Source: Candidatus Thorarchaeota archaeon (GTDB lineage: Archaea > Asgardarchaeota > Thorarchaeia > Thorarchaeales > Thorarchaeaceae). Taken from it: a DNA stretch of 64,000 bases. The notes under the pieces are model-generated. The model had not been told where the DNA came from and searched no databases. It worked only from the letters and a program-made list of their open reading frames with translations. Position 1 is the first letter of the stretch. Each line of letters starts with the position of its first letter. This document shows, piece by piece, positions 58,537-64,000 of this stretch. The stretch lies in contig JAFGAR010000081.1 of NCBI GenBank assembly GCA_016933575.1, forward strand, positions 96,001-160,000. Direction: 5' to 3'. The position numbers and the translations under genes are program-made.

Positions 58537-59505
58537 ATGACCCTCGGTACCGACTCAAGTAAGAAACAAACAAAGGCAAAGAAGAATCGCTCAAAGGCGT
58601 ATATCCCCCATCTTGCTGAGTTTTTCTTCGAACCAACATTTGATTGGAGCTACGATGAGGCTAAGCATCTATTTGAGCTAACTGCAAAAAAACATGATTT
58701 TGTTCAATTGGATACTGTTGAGTTTAGAGAATGTATAGATGGAATGAGATGTCTTCCAGATTCTTCAGTGAATTTGATTATTGCTGACCCTCCCTTTGGA
58801 ATAGATTTCAATGGTAAAAGTAGTGTCTATAACCGTGATGATGAACTTGTCATTGCTGGATATGAAGAGGTTCAGGGTTCATACCGGGCGTTTTCCAAAG
58901 CTTGGATGAAAGAACTCCTTCGAATAATGAAGCAGGATGCTTCAGCTTACATATTCAGTGGGTGGACAAATCTTGATGCTATACTGGCTGGTGCAAACGA
59001 TGCTGGTCTTAAAGTACTAAATCATTTGATCTGGCACTATCCTTTTGGTGTCTACACAAAACGTAGGTTTGTCACAAGTCATTATCATATTCTCCTTCTT
59101 GTTAAGGACTTAAAGTCGTATTATTTCAATAAGATAGAGAATTACCCTGAAGATGTTTGGATAGTGAAGCGGAAGTATAGAACTGGACTTGAAAAGAATG
59201 GAACAAAATTGCCTCTTGAAGTTGTAGCACGTTGCGTTGACTTTTCTTCAAGACCTGGTGACATTGTACTTGACCCATTCTTGGGAAATGGTACAACTGC
59301 TGTAGCTGCTAAATCGTCTTTCAGACATTTCATAGGGTTTGAGATCAATGAGGAATTGAAGCCCTTACTGAAGCGTGAGATTAATGCAGTCATTCCTGGT
59401 CAATCCTACAGACCCTATAGAGAACGACTTCCGACCCTGAAGGATTTGTCACAGCTATACCCTAGGGCTTATCGAGAATATTTGAAAAGAGCGGGAGAGA
59501 AATAA
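58537..59505 (+). CDS. N6-adenine/N4-cytosine DNA methyltransferase, beta class
   Basis: LIIADPPF catalytic motif IV precedes VLDPFLGNGTT SAM-binding motif I. Confidence 0.92.
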   Translation: MTLGTDSSKKQTKAKKNRSKAYIPHLAEFFFEPTFDWSYDEAKHLFELTAKKHDFVQLDTVEFRECIDGMRCLPDSSVNLIIADPPFGIDFNGKSSVYNRDDELVIAGYEEVQGSYRAFSKAWMKELLRIMKQDASAYIFSGWTNLDAILAGANDAGLKVLNHLIWHYPFGVYTKRRFVTSHYHILLLVKDLKSYYFNKIENYPEDVWIVKRKYRTGLEKNGTKLPLEVVARCVDFSSRPGDIVLDPFLGNGTTAVAAKSSFRHFIGFEINEELKPLLKREINAVIPGQSYRPYRERLPTLKDLSQLYPRAYREYLKRAGEK

Positions 59506-59538
59506 GCAGAGATCCGTATTAGTTGGTGTGAATGACCT

Positions 59539-60978
59539 ATGGACCCTGAAGATTTGTTTGTAGAACATGGTTCTTCGTTCGACAGACTTGCAGATGCTTC
59601 TAGTCCAAGTGATATTTTCACAAGGCAATTCGGTACTGAGTTCACCCAATGGGAATTCATGTTTTTACAAAGATTCCACGAGCGCCTATCTGGGAAAAAA
59701 TCCCTCTATCGTGGGTTTGTTCACCATACACGTGATACATCTCTAGTTCTTCTTACACCAAGTCCTTGGTTAATGGAGGGCGAATTTATCTTTTTCAAGG
59801 ATGACCAAAAACTACCTGCTGATGGCTCTTATATTGAGGTAATTGGGCGGCGAATTGCTGATGCTGGGGCATTACAAAGATCTAAGACATTGCTTCGAGC
59901 AATCTCAGTCGATTCCTATCAGATGCTTCCTATGGACTTCATGGAGCAAATCGCGCCACCTATGAGTCTTAAAGAACTATCATCACTTCTGTTTGAACGG
60001 GTTGGTATGGCCGAGGCAAGCAAACGGGTCTTTGCCAGACTCTTTGTTTCTAGTCCTCCTTACCAGAATGCTATTGGTGGTCTTACTACTGGTATTCAAG
60101 CAATTGCATCACAGACACAGATCAAACGATTTCTTTCGTTTATACGTCGTGTCCTCCCACCATCGATAGCACGAAGAACTGCAACTAATATGGATGTACG
60201 AGGAATTAAGGTCATGAATCCAAGAATTTTCAGAGTCGATATTGGTTCACTATCCCATTCAAGACTGGAAAATCTCTGTATAGAAAGACGCGACCCCTCT
60301 GGGTTTAGAGAGGTCTCTATAGGTACCCTTACTGAATCGGAAACTGCTATACTTCCAGATATTCCTCTTGCTCTTGCATCAGAGGATTTCTGGATTGAAA
60401 CTGGTAACCCAATGGAGCTCCGTTTACCCATTCTTAAATCTGCAATCACATATCAGCTACTTACTCCCTCGCTGTCACAACGTACTATTGATTCGACCAC
60501 AAAACATGTTCTTTCACGACTCGAGGACCTTCAGGAGAGTTTTGGCCTTGATGAAAGTGCTTTGGCTCGAGGGCACGTTCTTGATGCAGACACTCTTGGT
60601 AAACCGCTTAGCACATTGAAGATTGCTCGTTCTACAGCTAGAGCATCATGGAAGGATAAGGTCACAACCAAGGAGATGAAGTCCGCTTGGGACAAAATTC
60701 TAGAACCTGCACTCAAGGAATTTCTAGAACTCTCTGAGATACGGAAGGTATCGGAGGAAGACTGGGGTAAAGGTGCTCGTTTTGATAAGTTCAACACGAA
60801 AGTTCTGAAAGCTATCCGAGACCTTGATTCTGGAAAGAGAGGATCCCTTGGACCAACCTTACAGGAAATAGCCGAGGAAGCTGGAGTAGAGCGTCATGTG
60901 GCTGCAGAGACCCTGAGTCGAATGAAGGACAGTGGAGTTCTCTATGAACCGAGACCGGGTCACTACCGGCTTGTCTGA
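59539..60978 (+). CDS. Degenerate MCM-like protein (OB-like, inactive AAA+-like and C-terminal winged-helix regions)
   Basis: C-terminus LSRMKDSGVLYEPRPGHYRLV; lid helix LKIARSTARASWKDKVTTKEMKSA; no Walker A or B motif. Confidence 0.6.
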   Translation: MDPEDLFVEHGSSFDRLADASSPSDIFTRQFGTEFTQWEFMFLQRFHERLSGKKSLYRGFVHHTRDTSLVLLTPSPWLMEGEFIFFKDDQKLPADGSYIEVIGRRIADAGALQRSKTLLRAISVDSYQMLPMDFMEQIAPPMSLKELSSLLFERVGMAEASKRVFARLFVSSPPYQNAIGGLTTGIQAIASQTQIKRFLSFIRRVLPPSIARRTATNMDVRGIKVMNPRIFRVDIGSLSHSRLENLCIERRDPSGFREVSIGTLTESETAILPDIPLALASEDFWIETGNPMELRLPILKSAITYQLLTPSLSQRTIDSTTKHVLSRLEDLQESFGLDESALARGHVLDADTLGKPLSTLKIARSTARASWKDKVTTKEMKSAWDKILEPALKEFLELSEIRKVSEEDWGKGARFDKFNTKVLKAIRDLDSGKRGSLGPTLQEIAEEAGVERHVAAETLSRMKDSGVLYEPRPGHYRLV

Positions 60979-60984
60979 GATAAT

Positions 60985-61077
60985 CTATGGAAATGCCTTG
61001 AGGAATTTCTCATATTCATTTCCTTCTTCAATAATCTCGATGTCTTAAACACAAGGACCTGGTACATCATACCTTCG
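60985..61077 (-). pseudogene. Degenerate duplicate of the 3' end of the gelsolin gene
   Basis: Translates RRYDVPGPCV*DIEIIEEGNEYEKFLKAFP* versus intact RRYDAERVGVQDIEIIEEGDEPEEFLKAFP*. Confidence 0.85.
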
Positions 61078-61272
61078 TCAAATCACAGGAAAATAATGTA
61101 CAATAAACGAATTGCATCAAAAAAATTGCGGAAAGTACTAGAAAAGAATATAGTGCTAAAAACCCGGAACAGCTCGAATGGAATGTAATGCATAACACCA
61201 ATTCCTTCCAATTAGTTGGATTGTTTTGTTATTTGATTCATTCTTTTTACAAAGGCATGGGAACGAGAAAAT

Positions 61273-61830
61273 ATGTCAAAGAACGAAATTCCTGAATATA
61301 TCCAATCACTTCGGACCGATTTAGGATTTGATTTTGTTGACCTTTACCAACAAGGTCAGAGAGTCATTGCTACAGTTTCACCTGAACAGTATTCATATGT
61401 TTTAGAATTGACAAAAGCGCGAGTCGAACAAGACTATCAAGCAGGAAAATTAGACTTAATCACTGCGAGTACGATTTTTCTCACCGTTCTTCAATTGAGT
61501 AATGAAGTAGAGGATTTAGAATCTCAAATTATAACACTTTGTAACTTGGGAATAATGTATCAAAATTCACGTGCATATGATGTGGCGTTAACATTTGCAG
61601 CTGAAGCGATTAAAATTGCGCATAAACATAATTTACTTGAGATGAAACTCAAAGCTCTGCAGGTAGTTTCCCTAGTATATACTAATACCTCAGAAAGTCA
61701 GAAACATATCGACGTTTTGGAAGAGGTAGCAAAAATCTATGGAAAACTAGGACAACTGGACAAAAAGGCAGAAATCGAGGCGCAGATTAAGCAATTTAAG
61801 GAGTTTATGGCGATTCTAGGAAGGTCTTAG
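61273..61830 (+). CDS. TPR-like helical repeat protein
   Basis: TLCNLGIMY...YD.AL.F..EA..I repeat pattern. Confidence 0.7.
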   Translation: MSKNEIPEYIQSLRTDLGFDFVDLYQQGQRVIATVSPEQYSYVLELTKARVEQDYQAGKLDLITASTIFLTVLQLSNEVEDLESQIITLCNLGIMYQNSRAYDVALTFAAEAIKIAHKHNLLEMKLKALQVVSLVYTNTSESQKHIDVLEEVAKIYGKLGQLDKKAEIEAQIKQFKEFMAILGRS

Positions 61831-61874
61831 TGAAAGTTGATGTATATCATTGAAAATCAGGTAGCTATCGTCAT

Positions 61875-61906
61875 AAAAAGGAAATGGCGTGAGGGGATTC
61901 CCTCAC
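61875..61906 (-). terminator. Hairpin plus T-rich tract downstream of gelsolin
   Basis: Minus strand GTGAGGG-AATC-CCCTCAC followed by GCCATTTCCTTTTT. Confidence 0.6.
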
Positions 61907-61926
61907 TTAATTAATGTAATAGAATA

Positions 61927-62523
61927 TCAGGGAAATGCCTTAAGAAACTCTTCTGGTTCATCTCCTTCCTCAATAATTTCGATGTCTTGAACACCAACCC
62001 GTTCAGCATCATATCTACGAGCAAGAATGTTCCCATCGAACTTCTCCCTAGCCGAGGCTTCCTTTCCTCGCCATACAAAGATGTCATCCCATGTATCAAG
62101 GATGAAGACATCATCAGTCTTGAGAGATTTTCTATTGACAGGAACTTCAGCAAAGAAGGTCTCGTCACCTTCTCGGTGGACCTTCCAGAGCTTGTACTCG
62201 TGAGTCTCAAGGTGAACTTTTCGTAGAATTCCCTCTGTATCTTGATCAGTAAGCTGAAAATCATCGAACAGACTCTTGAATTCCTGTGGTTCATTCCCTC
62301 CTTCTATACGGTCAATATCTGCTTTTCCCTCGCGTTCTGTGTCACGCATGACGGCAGCAGCCGCAGTCAGGAATTTCTCATCAACAGTCGACTTAGGTCC
62401 AATCCAGAGGTAAATCTTCAGTCCAGCATCGACAAGATAACAGTCTCCTCGACCAAATTTTCCTGGATCTGGCATCCTAACAAGTCGGCCCTTTTGAATA
62501 TGATAAACGATTGGTTCCGGCAT
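61927..62523 (-). CDS. Two-domain gelsolin (Asgard 2DGel-type actin regulator)
   Basis: Two gelsolin repeats: FGRGDCYLVD...IYLWIG.KS..DEK...EGGNEPQEF and LKTDDVFILD...IFVWRG..AS..EK...EEGDEPEEF. Confidence 0.93.
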   Translation of the reverse strand: MPEPIVYHIQKGRLVRMPDPGKFGRGDCYLVDAGLKIYLWIGPKSTVDEKFLTAAAAVMRDTEREGKADIDRIEGGNEPQEFKSLFDDFQLTDQDTEGILRKVHLETHEYKLWKVHREGDETFFAEVPVNRKSLKTDDVFILDTWDDIFVWRGKEASAREKFDGNILARRYDAERVGVQDIEIIEEGDEPEEFLKAFP

Positions 62524-62592
62524 GAAGCAAAATTATACTTTTCAGTCCTTAAATGATTGTGTGATTCATTCATATCAGTTCCAATCAGCTCT

Positions 62593-63252
62593 CTAATTGC
62601 AGTCTATCAGACTCATTGTGACATTATAGAAGTATTTGACCAATCCAGAGAAATTCCATGCAGAATAGGTCATGACTGAAGGAACTCCTGTAATCGTTGA
62701 TGTGATCGTAAGCCATACATACCCCCGTTGGTCCTCATATGAATAATGACCAACTGAGAATTCCTCTCGCAAAGACCTTGACAGGTATGATTCTATGGTC
62801 TGATTTACGAATTCGGGGATAGTATCCGGATAGAAAGAATCCAATATTGGCCACGGTCCGACTGGAAGAAAACATCTAGAACATACTGTATCTAGTTCAC
62901 TATAGAGTGTCAAGGGAATCTCTGTTCCATTCTCGAAGACCACATCCGTCTTCATATATTCGATTATCTGTTCAGAGAATTGATTTCCACTAAGAATAAT
63001 TGACTTGTTGGGAAGTGTGACCAGCTCGATAAGTATGTAGCTATTGTTTAGAACTGCTTGCGGTATTGGATAGAAAAAATGCCCCGACTCCCGATATCCT
63101 ACTACTGAAACGTTGTAGACGAACTGGTCGTTCTCTTCGACTTTCCAATCAAAGAATAGATACTGTCGTAGACTATCTGTTATTGTGGCAACTCCTACGG
63201 TAATGATTATAGTAATTGCAATGGCAGCCATTAATTTTCTACGATAGTTCAT
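62593..63252 (-). CDS. Hypothetical exported or membrane-anchored protein
   Basis: Start set at MNYRRKLM (63252), followed by a hydrophobic helix; several N-x-S/T sequons. Confidence 0.6.
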   Translation of the reverse strand: MNYRRKLMAAIAITIIITVGVATITDSLRQYLFFDWKVEENDQFVYNVSVVGYRESGHFFYPIPQAVLNNSYILIELVTLPNKSIILSGNQFSEQIIEYMKTDVVFENGTEIPLTLYSELDTVCSRCFLPVGPWPILDSFYPDTIPEFVNQTIESYLSRSLREEFSVGHYSYEDQRGYVWLTITSTITGVPSVMTYSAWNFSGLVKYFYNVTMSLIDCN

Positions 63253-63358
63253 TGGGAAGTCCCTACCCTTGATACTGTTGCGTACAGACTCCCTTTTGGT
63301 CATTACGATTTGAGAGTAACATACTATTCTTATCTGTAGAACGTTCCTGGAAAATGAA

Positions 63359-64000
63359 ATGCCCGAACTCCCTGAATTAGAAGTCATCAGTGCCCACCTA
63401 ACGAATTTGCTTGTTGGTGAAAGCATCACTAAGGTCTCTGTACACAATCCACTTGTCATTCATGGGCTCCCAATTGATGATTTCATTCAAGGGGCAATTA
63501 ACGAGAGGTTCGATAGTTTTCGGGCAGATGGCAAATTCCTGATAGCAAGTCTTGAGAACCATGATCTGGTAGTCAATCCTATGCTTACTGGTAGATTCAG
63601 AGTTATCCCTCGACACAAAAAGCCAACGAAGGTCGATATGTTCTCTATTCAAACCAGTGGTCACACTTTTTGGTATTCTGATACCAAAAAGATGGGGCGT
63701 GTCTACCTTGTTACTAGGGGCGACTATTCTAATGTGGCTGGTTTTGCTAATAGAGGTCCGTCACCTTTTGATACTATTTTGACCTCCAATTTTTTCCAAG
63801 AACGCCTCAAACACCATACTGGCCAAATCAAGAACGTACTACGGAATCAGCGTTTCGTGAAAGGCATCGGTAATGCCTATGCTGATGAAATCCTTCTCTA
63901 TGCAGGTATCTCACCTTTTAGAAAATGTTCATCACTAAGTCACGATGAAGTGGAACAACTCTATACAGCCATGAAGAAGGTTCTAATTAAAATCTATGAC
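63359..64000 (+). CDS. mutM: Fpg/Nei family DNA glycosylase, truncated by window edge
   Basis: Manual translation: MPELPELEV..., GKFL, MLTG, KGIGNAYADEIL (H2TH). Confidence 0.9.
   Translation, partial: MPELPELEVISAHLTNLLVGESITKVSVHNPLVIHGLPIDDFIQGAINERFDSFRADGKFLIASLENHDLVVNPMLTGRFRVIPRHKKPTKVDMFSIQTSGHTFWYSDTKKMGRVYLVTRGDYSNVAGFANRGPSPFDTILTSNFFQERLKHHTGQIKNVLRNQRFVKGIGNAYADEILLYAGISPFRKCSSLSHDEVEQLYTAMKKVLIKIYD

Noticed and set aside
58537-60978. Type II restriction-modification pair
   Set aside because: The downstream gene shows MCM-like features and no PD-(D/E)xK, HNH or GIY-YIG motif.
63253-63664. Upstream extension of the 62593 ORF and the 63398..63664 minus ORF
   Set aside because: Both overlap the clearly real Fpg/Nei gene on the plus strand.
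1-64000. tRNA, rRNA, CRISPR array, transposase or integrase
   Set aside because: No cloverleaf, rRNA-like tract, regularly spaced repeats or recombinase/transposase motifs were recognised by eye; tRNAscan/Infernal would be needed to exclude short RNAs.

Overview
Gene-dense archaeal chromosomal segment, almost certainly from an Asgard archaeon. Thorarchaeota is the best fit: it has a near-eukaryotic actin at 42039-43178, a two-domain gelsolin at 61927-62523 and archaeal information-processing genes. Left to right it contains: (1) a partial ABC ATPase; (2) a tightly coupled sugar-catabolic operon (2-hydroxyacid dehydrogenase, LsrK-like FGGY kinase, class II aldolase, aldehyde:ferredoxin oxidoreductase); (3) a NikR-associated metal ABC importer; (4) the archaeal proteasome/exosome superoperon (psmA, SBDS, rrp4, rrp41, rrp42, rpl37ae, Brix, pcc1, pfdB, DUF3194-like, DHH) running into an ECF module; (5) two diverged copies of a wHTH + unknown-protein module flanking an M20 peptidase; (6) a histidine-utilisation cluster interrupted by endonuclease V; (7) tRNA-modification and lipid head-group genes; (8) a cluster beside actin encoding a PriL-like Fe-S protein, a SAMHD1-like HD hydrolase, an RNase III-domain protein and a wHTH-CARF-like protein; (9) an accessory region; (10) a NYN-LOTUS protein, an orphan DNA methyltransferase, a catalytically degenerate MCM-like protein, gelsolin with a displaced duplicate of its 3' end, and a partial Fpg/Nei glycosylase. 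No rRNA, tRNA, CRISPR array, transposase or integrase was recognised. All homology calls come from visual motif recognition, not database searches.
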